In this document: piece by piece, positions 44,703 to 52,936 of the stretch
Numbering within the stretch: position 1 is the stretch's first letter
Layout of the letters: the number at the start of each line of letters is the position of its first letter
Source of the DNA: Dehalococcoidia bacterium
GTDB lineage: Bacteria > Chloroflexota > Dehalococcoidia > DSTF01 > RBG-16-68-14
DNA: 64,000 nucleotides
Direction of reading: 5' to 3'
NCBI GenBank assembly: GCA_040882355.1
Contig: JBBEBM010000004.1
Span: forward strand, 112,482 to 176,481
Program-made: the position numbers and the translations under genes
Notes under the pieces: generated by a model
Seen by the model: the letters and a program-made list of their open reading frames with translations, nothing else
Database searches by the model: none
Told to the model about the DNA's origin: nothing

Positions 44703-45241
44703 CGTCGCGCTCCCAGGTGGTCGAGGATGCGGTCGGCCACCTCGTCCGCCGAGACCTCGCTCGTGTCGAACGTGAGCGCCGCGGGCAGGCCGCTCGCCTC
44801 GAACGCGCGGTGCAGCGCCTCGACTGCGGGCGCGTCGTAGCGCTCGCTCTCGCGAGCGCGTTCGAGCAGCACGTCGAGCGGGCAGGTGAGTGCGACGAGC
44901 AGAGGCCGCACGTTCGGCACGGTGCTGACGAGGCCGAGCAGGTCGCGCAGGTCGCTGTCGTGTGTCGCCGCCGCGCCGTCCCGATAGAGCGCGAACGCGC
45001 CGTCAACGACGACGGCGTAGCGCGCCCGGATGTAGGTGGACGAGAGCAGCTTCATCTGGCGGTAGACCAGCTCGGCCTCGCTTGCGAGGTCGCTGTGGTG
45101 GCGAGCGATGGCGCGCCACCAGAGGTCGTCCTGCGAGATGATCGCCGCGTTGCCCGGCAAGCGCTCGGCCAGCGCCCGCGCCACCGCCGTCTTCCCAACC
45201 AGCGCGGGGCCTCGAATGACGACGAAGGGCAGGCCGGTCAT
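44699..45241 (-). CDS. P-loop NTPase / small-molecule kinase-like protein (AAA_33/zeta-toxin/CPT-like fold)
   Basis: 180 aa. Walker A GPALVGKT near the N-terminus, a DD motif (ISQDD), and a length typical of P-loop kinases. It has 4-nt overlaps with both hyuA (upstream) and hyuB (downstream). Confidence 0.7.
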   Translation of the reverse strand: MTGLPFVVIRGPALVGKTAVARALAERLPGNAAIISQDDLWWRAIARHHSDLASEAELVYRQMKLLSSTYIRARYAVVVDGAFALYRDGAAATHDSDLRDLLGLVSTVPNVRPLLVALTCPLDVLLERARESERYDAPAVEALHRAFEASGLPAALTFDTSEVSADEVADRILDHLGARR

Positions 45242-47307
45242 GAGGTCTCTCGCTCCATCACCACGTTCCCCACTTCATCCACAACCCCCGCCCAGCCCGG
45301 CGGCAGCGCCGTCGTCGCGTCGAGCTGGACGATGAGCGCGGGGCCGCGCAGCCGGTCGCCAGCGCGCAGCAGGTCGCGCTCGTAGACCGGCGTCCGGCGT
45401 CGTCGCCCCGCAAACCAAGCCTCGTGCTGGCCGACCCGAGCGCGCCGAGGGTCGCCGTCGCCTCGCTCGAGGCGCGGCAGGCGTATCGCCGCGCCCGGCG
45501 ACTCCGCCCGCACGCGCAGAGCAACGGCCTCGACTGGCCGTGACGCGTCGGCGTGGCCGTAGCGACGCTGATGGGCGCTGTGGAAGGCCTGGAGCAGGCG
45601 GGTCGGCGAGCAACCGTCCGCAGCGCTCGCGACCGGCACCGTCAGCTCGTGCGACTGGCCGGCGTAACGCAGGTCGAGCGCGCGGTGGAGTTGGACGCGG
45701 CCCTTTGCGCGCAGCTCTCGCGCCGCCTTCGCTTCGAGACGCTGGAAGGCGCGATCGATGCGTCTCGCGAACGCGTCGCCGGCGTCCGGCGGTAGCGGCG
45801 AGAGGAACGCCAGCACCTGGTCGTTCGTCACGGGCGCCGCAGCCATGCCGAACGCCGAGAGCACGCCGGGAAACGGCGGGATCAGCACACGCGGGATGCC
45901 CAGCGCCTCGGCCAGCTCGCACGCGTGGAGCGGGCCCCCGCCGCCGAATGCGACGAGCGTGAAGCGCCGCGGGTCGTGGCCGCGCTCGACGGAGATGACG
46001 CGGAGGGCGCGCTCCACGCTCACGTTCGCCACGCGCAGCACGCTCGCCGCTGCCTGCTCGATGTCGTTGTCGAACGCCCGCGCGACCGGTCGCATCGCCT
46101 GCCGGGCGGCGTCGATGGAGAGAGCCATACGTCCGCCGAGGAAGCGGTCGGGCAGAAGGCGCCCGAGCAGCAGGTGGGCGTCGGTGACGGTGGGCAGCGC
46201 ACCCCTGCCGTAACAGGCGGGGCCCGGGTCGGCGCCGGCGCTTTCCGGCCCGACGCGCAGGGCGCCGCCCGCGTCGATGCGCGCGATCGAGCCGCCGCCC
46301 GCGCCCACCGTGTGCACGTCGACGGTCGGGATGCGCATCGGCAGGCCGTCGATGGTCGCTTCGGCGGTGAAGGGCACGCCGCCGTAGCAGAGGCAGACGT
46401 CGGTGGACGTGCCGCCCATGTCGAGCGTGATGATCCGGTCGATACGGGCCGCGCGTGCCACTCGCCACGCGCCCGCGACGCCGCCCGCCGGTCCCGAGAG
46501 CACCGTGCGCACCGCCTGCGAGGCGGCTCGTTTCGGGCCCGCGCTGCCGCCGTTCGATTGCATCACGCGCAAGCGCGCCGCTTCGCCCCTCGCGTAGGCC
46601 AGGGCTTCACCCTGGCCGGTCCGACGCGCGGCGCGTCCGGCCGACGCCAAACCCGCTTCCAACCGCGAGAGGTAGCGCTCGACGACCGGCGCGACGTACG
46701 CGTTGAGCACCGTCGTGCTCGTGCGCTCGTACTCGCGGTACTCCGGCAGCACCTCGAAGGAGGCGGAGCAGGCGAGCCCGCGTCGCCGCGCCGCGTCGCG
46801 CACGAGGCGCTCGTGGGCGGGATCGAGGAACGAGAAGAGGAAGCAGACCGCGAGCGACTCGACGCGGCGCTTCGCCAGCCGGTCGAGCAGCGCCTCGACT
46901 TCGTCCGGCGACAGCGCCTGCAGCGCATCGCCGTGGTGGTCGAGGCGTTCGTTCGCCTCGAACCGCAGCTCGTCGGGCACCAGCGGCGGCGGGCGGCTCG
47001 GCTCTAGCTCGTACAGCTTCGGGCGTGCCTGCCGCCCGATCGCGAGCACGTCGCGAAAGCCGCGCGTCGTGATCAGCGCCGTGCGGGCGCCCTTGCGTTC
47101 CAGCACTGCGTTCGTCGCCACCGTCGAGCCGTGGACGACCTCATCCGGCGCCCAGCCAGCCTCGGCCAGCCCCTCCAGCACCGCCCGCGACGGGTCGTCG
47201 GGCGTCGAGGGGCGCTTGTAGACGCGGAGGGCGCCGTCCTGCCAGAGCAGGAAGTCGGTGAACGTCCCACCGACGTCAACCCCGAGCACTGATCGGGCGG
47301 ATGGCAT
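45238..47307 (-). CDS. hyuA: Hydantoinase A / 5-oxoprolinase subunit (HyuA/OplA family)
   Basis: 689 aa with the N-terminal Hydant_A_N plus Hydantoinase_A ASKHA-fold ATPase architecture (VGVDVGGTFTD start). Confidence 0.85.
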   Translation of the reverse strand: MPSARSVLGVDVGGTFTDFLLWQDGALRVYKRPSTPDDPSRAVLEGLAEAGWAPDEVVHGSTVATNAVLERKGARTALITTRGFRDVLAIGRQARPKLYELEPSRPPPLVPDELRFEANERLDHHGDALQALSPDEVEALLDRLAKRRVESLAVCFLFSFLDPAHERLVRDAARRRGLACSASFEVLPEYREYERTSTTVLNAYVAPVVERYLSRLEAGLASAGRAARRTGQGEALAYARGEAARLRVMQSNGGSAGPKRAASQAVRTVLSGPAGGVAGAWRVARAARIDRIITLDMGGTSTDVCLCYGGVPFTAEATIDGLPMRIPTVDVHTVGAGGGSIARIDAGGALRVGPESAGADPGPACYGRGALPTVTDAHLLLGRLLPDRFLGGRMALSIDAARQAMRPVARAFDNDIEQAAASVLRVANVSVERALRVISVERGHDPRRFTLVAFGGGGPLHACELAEALGIPRVLIPPFPGVLSAFGMAAAPVTNDQVLAFLSPLPPDAGDAFARRIDRAFQRLEAKAARELRAKGRVQLHRALDLRYAGQSHELTVPVASAADGCSPTRLLQAFHSAHQRRYGHADASRPVEAVALRVRAESPGAAIRLPRLERGDGDPRRARVGQHEAWFAGRRRRTPVYERDLLRAGDRLRGPALIVQLDATTALPPGWAGVVDEVGNVVMERETS

Positions 47308-47423
47308 GTCGAGGTGAGTATAGGGACGCGCTGGCGGGCGGCGCTAGCGGGAGGGCTGGGCATCCGCGTGCGTGGGTGCTAGGATCGGCGTACGATGCAG
47401 GTGGCTCAGCCGGAGGTATCTCA

Positions 47424-48044
47424 ATGGCCACGCAGACGCAGATAGTGCCGCTCCAGGAGTCGCAGCAGAAGATCGCCGGCGAGGTGCTCGCGCGGGCGTT
47501 CTTCGATGACCCGCTCAGCGAGTACCTCCTGCCGGACGAAGAGAAGCGCCGCAAGGTGCTGCCGTGGTTCTTCGGCAAGGGCGCGAAGTACGGCCACATG
47601 TTCGGCGAGGTGTATACGACGCCGGACAGCGTCGACGGCGCGGCGATCTGGCTGCCGCCGGAAGACTTTGTGATGACGCCGTATCGCATGCTGCGCTCCG
47701 GCATGCTCGCCGCGCCGTTCAAGTTCGGCCTGAGCACGTTCATGCGCTTCATGGGCGCGATGAACCACGTCGAAGAGCTGCACAAGCGCGACGTCTCGCC
47801 CAAGCACTGGTATCTCTTCATCCTCGGCGTCGACCCTGACCGGCAGGGCCAGGGTGTGGGCGGCCAGCTCATCCAGCCTGTCGTCACGCGCGCCGACGCC
47901 CAGGGCCTGCCCTGCTACCTGGAGACGATGAAGACGCGCAACGTGCCGTTCTACCGGAAGCACGGCTTCGAAGTCGTCGTCGAAGCGGACCTGCCGAAGG
48001 GCGGCCCGCACTTCTGGACGATGAAGCGCGAGCCCCGCGGCTAG
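47424..48044 (+). CDS. GNAT family N-acetyltransferase (paralog 1)
   Basis: Start at MATQTQ. Has the LGVDPDRQGQGVGGQL acetyl-CoA-binding motif (Q/R-x-x-G-x-G/A). Confidence 0.7.
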   Translation: MATQTQIVPLQESQQKIAGEVLARAFFDDPLSEYLLPDEEKRRKVLPWFFGKGAKYGHMFGEVYTTPDSVDGAAIWLPPEDFVMTPYRMLRSGMLAAPFKFGLSTFMRFMGAMNHVEELHKRDVSPKHWYLFILGVDPDRQGQGVGGQLIQPVVTRADAQGLPCYLETMKTRNVPFYRKHGFEVVVEADLPKGGPHFWTMKREPRG

Positions 48045-48054
48045 CCGCGAATCG

Positions 48055-48666
48055 ATGGCGGCTGAGGTCGTCGCACTCGACGCGTCGCGGCTCGACACGG
48101 CGGGCGACGTGCTCGCTCGCGCCTTCTTCGACGATCCGCTTAGCGTCTACCTCTTCCCGGACGACGCGAAGCGGCTCGATCAGTTGCGCTGGCTCTATCG
48201 AGGCAGCGCCCGCTACGCCCATCGCTATGGCGAGACGTACGTCACGCCCGCCGTGGAGGGCGTCGCGCTCTGGCTCCCGCCCGAGCGCCCGCACCCGAGC
48301 CAGCTCGGCATGATCCGCGTCGGGATGGGACTGGCGCCGCTCAAGTTCGGTCTAGGCTGGCTGCGTCGCTCCGTCGGCGCGATGAACGCGCTCGACGAGC
48401 GCCACAAGCTGGACGTAGCGCCGCGACACTGGTACCTGTTCCTGCTCGGCGTCGACACGTCCCACCAGCGTCAGGGCATCGGTGGCAGGCTGATCGAGCC
48501 CGTGCTGGCGAGAGCGGCGGCGGACGGCGTGACCTGCTACCTCGACACGACGAACGAGCGCAACGTCGCGTTCTATCGCAGGCACGGCTTCCAGGTGGTG
48601 ACGGCGGGTGAGGTGCCGGACCGCGGCCCGCGCTTCTGGACGATGACGCGCGCGCCGATCGACTAG
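48055..48666 (+). CDS. GNAT family N-acetyltransferase (paralog 2)
   Basis: Collinear with the preceding gene; LGVDTSHQRQGIGGRL motif. Confidence 0.7.
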   Translation: MAAEVVALDASRLDTAGDVLARAFFDDPLSVYLFPDDAKRLDQLRWLYRGSARYAHRYGETYVTPAVEGVALWLPPERPHPSQLGMIRVGMGLAPLKFGLGWLRRSVGAMNALDERHKLDVAPRHWYLFLLGVDTSHQRQGIGGRLIEPVLARAAADGVTCYLDTTNERNVAFYRRHGFQVVTAGEVPDRGPRFWTMTRAPID

Positions 48667-48672
48667 ACGTAG

Positions 48673-48692
48673 GGGAGCCCTTCAGGGCTCCC
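48673..48692 (+). terminator. Putative hairpin terminator after the GNAT pair
   Basis: gggagccc-ttca-gggctccc: an 8-bp GC-rich perfect stem with a 4-nt loop, 7 nt after the stop codon. No U-tract follows. Confidence 0.35.
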
Positions 48693-48864
48693 GCAACGCC
48701 ACCACGAGGAGGGATGACGTTGCGGGAGATCGCCGCAGCCTACGGGGACGCCTGGAACGAGACCGGCGAAACGAAGCGCCGGGCGCGGCTCGAGAAGGAC
48801 TGGGCTGATTTCGGCGCCCGCGCCGACCCGCAGTCGCACGTCGAATGGTGACGAGGCGAGGCGG

Positions 48865-49893
48865 CTACGCGGTCGCCAACTGAACCGGCTTTCCTTGCCT
48901 GAGTGAAGTTTGCGCTGCAAACGACAGCTTGAGCGCTTCAATGGCTCGTTCGGCGCTGAGTAGCTCCGGGTCAGCCTCGCCCCGGACGCAGTCGACGAAA
49001 TACTGGCATTCGGCTTCATATGGGTCACCGTCAAAGAGCTGCACCTCTTCCGGCTTGCCGTTCGCTGGATACGACATCAGTCTCGAATCCGGCGGCCCGT
49101 CGCCCCCGAACACGGTGGTCAGCTCGAGAGCCTGCTCCTCACCGACAAGACGGAAGCCCACGCTGAAGGGAAAGCTGGCGGGCATGACACCGCTCGCTTC
49201 CACCTGCGCAATGACGTTGCTGCTGTACCGCACAGCAGCGAAGACGTGACCGGGACGGCCGTCCGGAAGTCTGGCGGCAGTGGCGGAGAGCTCCTGTGGT
49301 GAGCCAAGCAGCCAATTCAGCGCGTCGAAATCGAACGTCATCAGTTCGGTCGTGGGGTCGCTGTAGTGTTCCTTGAAGTCCGCCGCGTTGGGGCGAAGAT
49401 ACGAGCCAAGGCGATAGGCGTACGCAGCCACCGGTTTTCCCACCTGACCAGCGTCAAGCGCCCTCTTGATGTACTGGTAGGCGGCGATGGATCGCATCAG
49501 CAGGCCAACCAACAGAAGGCGGTCATTCGCCTGGGACGCGTCGAGCATGGCCTGCGCATCTTCCTGCGTCAGCGCCAGAGGTGTCTCGCAAAAGACATAC
49601 TTGCCAGCTTCGAGAGCCGCGACGACGAACTCGCGGTGCACTGGGGAGGGCAGACAGACGTCAACGGCGCCAACCGAGGGGTCGTCCAAGATCGCCCTGA
49701 GGTCGGTGCTGGCGCGTGCGCCCACCCTCTCGGCAATTGGGCCTATCTTGCTTCGGTTGCGACCGTAGACAGCGGCGACCTCGACCCCGGCACTATTGGC
49801 GTAGGCGGTCGCATGAACCGAGCCCATCTCACCTGCGCCTAGGACCGCTATTCGCAGGGGTTGCGCTGGCAGGGTATCGGAACGTCGCCGCAA
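48865..49893 (-). CDS. Gfo/Idh/MocA family NAD(P)-dependent oxidoreductase
   Basis: N-terminal Rossmann IAVLGAGEMG, and a GFR-family C-terminal alpha/beta domain. Confidence 0.85.
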   Translation of the reverse strand: MRRRSDTLPAQPLRIAVLGAGEMGSVHATAYANSAGVEVAAVYGRNRSKIGPIAERVGARASTDLRAILDDPSVGAVDVCLPSPVHREFVVAALEAGKYVFCETPLALTQEDAQAMLDASQANDRLLLVGLLMRSIAAYQYIKRALDAGQVGKPVAAYAYRLGSYLRPNAADFKEHYSDPTTELMTFDFDALNWLLGSPQELSATAARLPDGRPGHVFAAVRYSSNVIAQVEASGVMPASFPFSVGFRLVGEEQALELTTVFGGDGPPDSRLMSYPANGKPEEVQLFDGDPYEAECQYFVDCVRGEADPELLSAERAIEALKLSFAAQTSLRQGKPVQLATA

Positions 49894-50060
49894 GGTGAGC
49901 TGCTCCTGGGACCAAATCTACTAGCTGGCCTGAGTGGGACCATCGGCGAGATTGCCTCGCCTTCTTCGTTTCCGCGTCGCTAGCATACGGTTTGCCCAGG
50001 AATAGCGCCACTCGCCGAGCGGACGGGCGCAGCGTCTCTCCCCAACCCGTCGCGATACAG

Positions 50061-50162
50061 TTAGCCTTGAGGCTGCTCGAACCCGTGCACGAGCACAATC
50101 GGCCGGCCCTCGCCGAAGACTTCGTAGTGGATGGGCACGCCGTTCGACTCGAAGAACGGCAC
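50061..50162 (-). pseudogene. N-terminal remnant of an alpha/beta-hydrolase gene (33 codons, then stop)
   Basis: Encodes VPFFESNGVPIHYEVFGEGRPIVLVHGFEQPQG*, which matches the canonical alpha/beta-hydrolase N-terminus (..HY...G.GPPLVLLHGF) but terminates before the nucleophile elbow. No continuation was found in other frames. Confidence 0.35.
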
Positions 50163-50163
50163 C

Positions 50164-50994
50164 CTAGTGAGACACTTCGATGAGCGGTAGCACCTCGTTC
50201 AGGCTACCGGAGCGGAAGCCCGCCAAGTCCACCGTGACGTACTTGTAGCCCAGTTCCTTCAGCCGCTCGACGACGCGCTGGCGCGTCTGTGCGTCAAGCA
50301 GCACCGCGATGTCGTCCGGCTCCAGCTCGATGCGCGCGACGTCGTCGTGGTGGCGGACGCGGAGCTGGCGGATGCCGAGCGAGCGTAAGAACGCCTCGGC
50401 GTCGCTGATACGCTGCAGCGCTTCGACGGTGACCTCGGTGCCGTACGGGATGCGCGACGAGAGGCAGGCCATGGCGGGCTTGTCCCACGTCGGCAGGCCG
50501 CGTTCGTGCGAGAGGGCGCGGATCTCGTCCTTCGTCAGGCCGGCCTCGATGAGCGGGCTGCGAACCCCGTGCTCGCTCGCGGCGACCCGGCCCGGCCGGT
50601 GGTCACCCAGGTCGTCCACGTTGCAGCCGTCCACGACATAGGCGAAGCCGCGCTCGCGGGCGAGACCGGCCAGGAGGCCGTAGAGCTCGGTCTTGCAGTG
50701 ATAGCAGCGCTGCGCGGAGTTCTCGACATAACCATCGCGGTCCATCTCGTGCGTCTCGAGGCCCTCGTGGGCGATACCGATGAGCCGGGCCAGATCGCGC
50801 GCCTCCGCCACCTCAGATTCGGGTATAGAGGGCGAAATACCGGTCATCGCCAGCGCCCGCTCGCCGAGGGCGTCGAATGCGGCCGCGGCGACGAACGTGC
50901 TATCGACCCCGCCCGAGAAGGCGACGACGGCTGAGCTCATCTCGCTCAGGATGGCGCGGAGGTGGTCGAGCTTCGCTTGTAGGGGATCGTTCAT
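50164..50994 (-). CDS. larE: PP-loop ATP pyrophosphatase, LarE-like (ATP-dependent sacrificial sulfur transferase family)
   Basis: SGGVDS PP-loop motif at AVVAFSGGVDSTFVAAAA, a downstream conserved Cys, and TIGR00268-like length (start at MNDPLQ). Confidence 0.75.
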   Translation of the reverse strand: MNDPLQAKLDHLRAILSEMSSAVVAFSGGVDSTFVAAAAFDALGERALAMTGISPSIPESEVAEARDLARLIGIAHEGLETHEMDRDGYVENSAQRCYHCKTELYGLLAGLARERGFAYVVDGCNVDDLGDHRPGRVAASEHGVRSPLIEAGLTKDEIRALSHERGLPTWDKPAMACLSSRIPYGTEVTVEALQRISDAEAFLRSLGIRQLRVRHHDDVARIELEPDDIAVLLDAQTRQRVVERLKELGYKYVTVDLAGFRSGSLNEVLPLIEVSH

Positions 50995-51117
50995 TTGTGC
51001 TCCTGACTGCTCGATTTTAGCACGGCGACCCCGCCTCGCCAATGAGCGCCTTCCTAAAGCGCCTTGCCGTGGAGCCGATACGTTAGATAGGGGAATCCCA
51101 CCTCCCCGAAGCTAACT

Positions 51118-52809
51118 ATGGGAAAACAATCAGCACGCAAAGTCTACGTCCTGTATGCGATCTGCACCATTCTGCTGGTGCTGCTCGTCAGCGTGCTCAC
51201 GGACGTCTTCCGCCTCGAGACGCTTCGGCGTCAGTCTGAGCGGGACGCCGCGCAGACCGTGAGCGATGTCCTCTCCCGCGAGCTGGAGAGCGCCGGGCCC
51301 GAGCTGAGCGATGATGAGATCGCCTCCTTCATGGCGCTCGCCGACGACCTCACGGGTACGGCGCTGCCGGCCGTTCGGGTGTGGCTGCCGAGCGGCGATC
51401 TGGTCGCATCGACGGACAGGGGCGACGAACTGCTCCTCAACCCCCAGGCGCTGGGCGAGGCTGCCAGCGGCGAGGATGCCGTGTTCAAAGAACAGCCCAC
51501 CGGCGGCGGTGCGGTGCTGGTGAGCTACGCCCCCACGACGACCGGCATGATTCTCGAGGTCCAGCAGGACTACGCACCCGTCGGCGAGTCTGTCGAGCAA
51601 AGCCGCTTGCTCTTCCTGCTACTGTCCGTGGCAGGCGGTGTCGGCCTCCTTGTCCTGCTGCCGGGGATCCTCTGGGCGGCCGGCCGCGGCCTCAACACGG
51701 AGTACAGCCGCCTGCTCTACCTCTACCGCACGGGGCAGTCGATCCGATCGACGCTGGATGTCTCGGACGTGCTCAGCCAGCTCGCGCGTGACGCATCCAC
51801 CTTCGCTCATGCCGACGTCGGCCTGACCGCGCTGGTCGAAGAGGACGGCAAGGACCTGATCCTCAAGGCCAGCTTCGAACGCGAGGGCGACACGATCTCA
51901 CAGCACCACCGCAAAGTGGAGGAGTGGTTCCTGCGTCGCTGCGCGGCTACCGGCGAGACGGTGCTGGCGCGGCAGGACCGCTTGCCGTACCGGAACCTGA
52001 TCGGTCACGAGCCGCCGAGTCACGGCCCCTCGTTTATCGTCGCCGTACCCATTCCGGGGCATTCGAGCACCATTGGCGTCGTCTCGCTCATCCGGCGTAA
52101 GGCCTTGGGCAAGTTCGGCTCGCAGGAAGTGCACGTGATTGAAGAGATGGCGTCGCAGGCGGCGATGACGGTCGAACAGGCGGTGCTTTTCGGCAAGATG
52201 CGCAACTACGCGACCGAAGTGGAGCTGAGCTACGACACGACCCTCAAGGTGCTGATGGCAGCGCTCGACGCGAAGGACTCGGCAACTGAGGGACACTCGG
52301 AGCGCGTGGCGAAGCTCACCGTCGTTATGGCGAAGGAGATGGGTATTCCCAAGGAGCGCCTGGTCGACATCGAGCGGGGCGCGCTGCTCCACGACGTGGG
52401 CAAGATCGGTGTGCCGGACGCGGTGCTCCAGAAGCCCGAGGCGCTCAACGAACTCGAGTGGGAAGCGATGGAGAAGCACCCGTTGCTCGCCGGCCTCATG
52501 GTCTCCAAGGTGGAGTTCCTGGAGGGCGCCCTCCCGATCCTGCTCTACCACCACGAGCACTACGACGGCACCGGCTATCCGTTCGGGCTAGAGGGCGACG
52601 CGATCCCGCTGGAAGCGCGTATCTTCACGATCGTCGACTCGTACGACGCGATGACCTCCGACCGCCCCTACCGAAAGGCGATGCGGACTGAGGAGGCGCT
52701 GGCGGAGATCCAGCGCAACGCCGGCATCCAGTTCGATCCCCAGGCGGTCGAGGCATTCGCGCGAGTGGTTGCCCGCATGCAGCCCGCCGAGAAGAAGAAG
52801 GCCGCCTAA
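51118..52809 (+). CDS. Membrane-anchored GAF-domain HD-GYP phosphodiesterase (c-di-GMP signalling)
   Basis: N-terminal TM plus an extracytoplasmic segment and a second TM, a GAF-like middle region, then HD-GYP (H..HSERVA, LLHDVGKIGVPD, HHEHYDGTGYP). Confidence 0.8.
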   Translation: MGKQSARKVYVLYAICTILLVLLVSVLTDVFRLETLRRQSERDAAQTVSDVLSRELESAGPELSDDEIASFMALADDLTGTALPAVRVWLPSGDLVASTDRGDELLLNPQALGEAASGEDAVFKEQPTGGGAVLVSYAPTTTGMILEVQQDYAPVGESVEQSRLLFLLLSVAGGVGLLVLLPGILWAAGRGLNTEYSRLLYLYRTGQSIRSTLDVSDVLSQLARDASTFAHADVGLTALVEEDGKDLILKASFEREGDTISQHHRKVEEWFLRRCAATGETVLARQDRLPYRNLIGHEPPSHGPSFIVAVPIPGHSSTIGVVSLIRRKALGKFGSQEVHVIEEMASQAAMTVEQAVLFGKMRNYATEVELSYDTTLKVLMAALDAKDSATEGHSERVAKLTVVMAKEMGIPKERLVDIERGALLHDVGKIGVPDAVLQKPEALNELEWEAMEKHPLLAGLMVSKVEFLEGALPILLYHHEHYDGTGYPFGLEGDAIPLEARIFTIVDSYDAMTSDRPYRKAMRTEEALAEIQRNAGIQFDPQAVEAFARVVARMQPAEKKKAA

Positions 52810-52936
52810 CTCCCACCGTGCCCCTTCCGGCTCACCGGCGTAGGCCGATAAGCGGGCTGCGTTTGACCGTTCATTCAGCGCAAAGTTATGATATGGTCGC
52901 TGACTGAGAGAGCATTCCGAGCGGAAAGGGAGATCC

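Noticed and set aside
45275-47007. Several long ORFs (397 aa minus in an alternative frame, 360 aa plus) overlapping hyuA
   Set aside because: GC-driven open frames with Arg/Ala/Pro-rich products. hyuA, in its own frame, shows the hydantoinase A architecture.
48719-48852. Small TTG-initiated plus-strand ORF (LREIAAAYGDAWNETGETKRRARLEKDWADFGARADPQSHVEW)
   Set aside because: No homology or ribosome-binding site recognised, and it sits in a convergent intergenic region.
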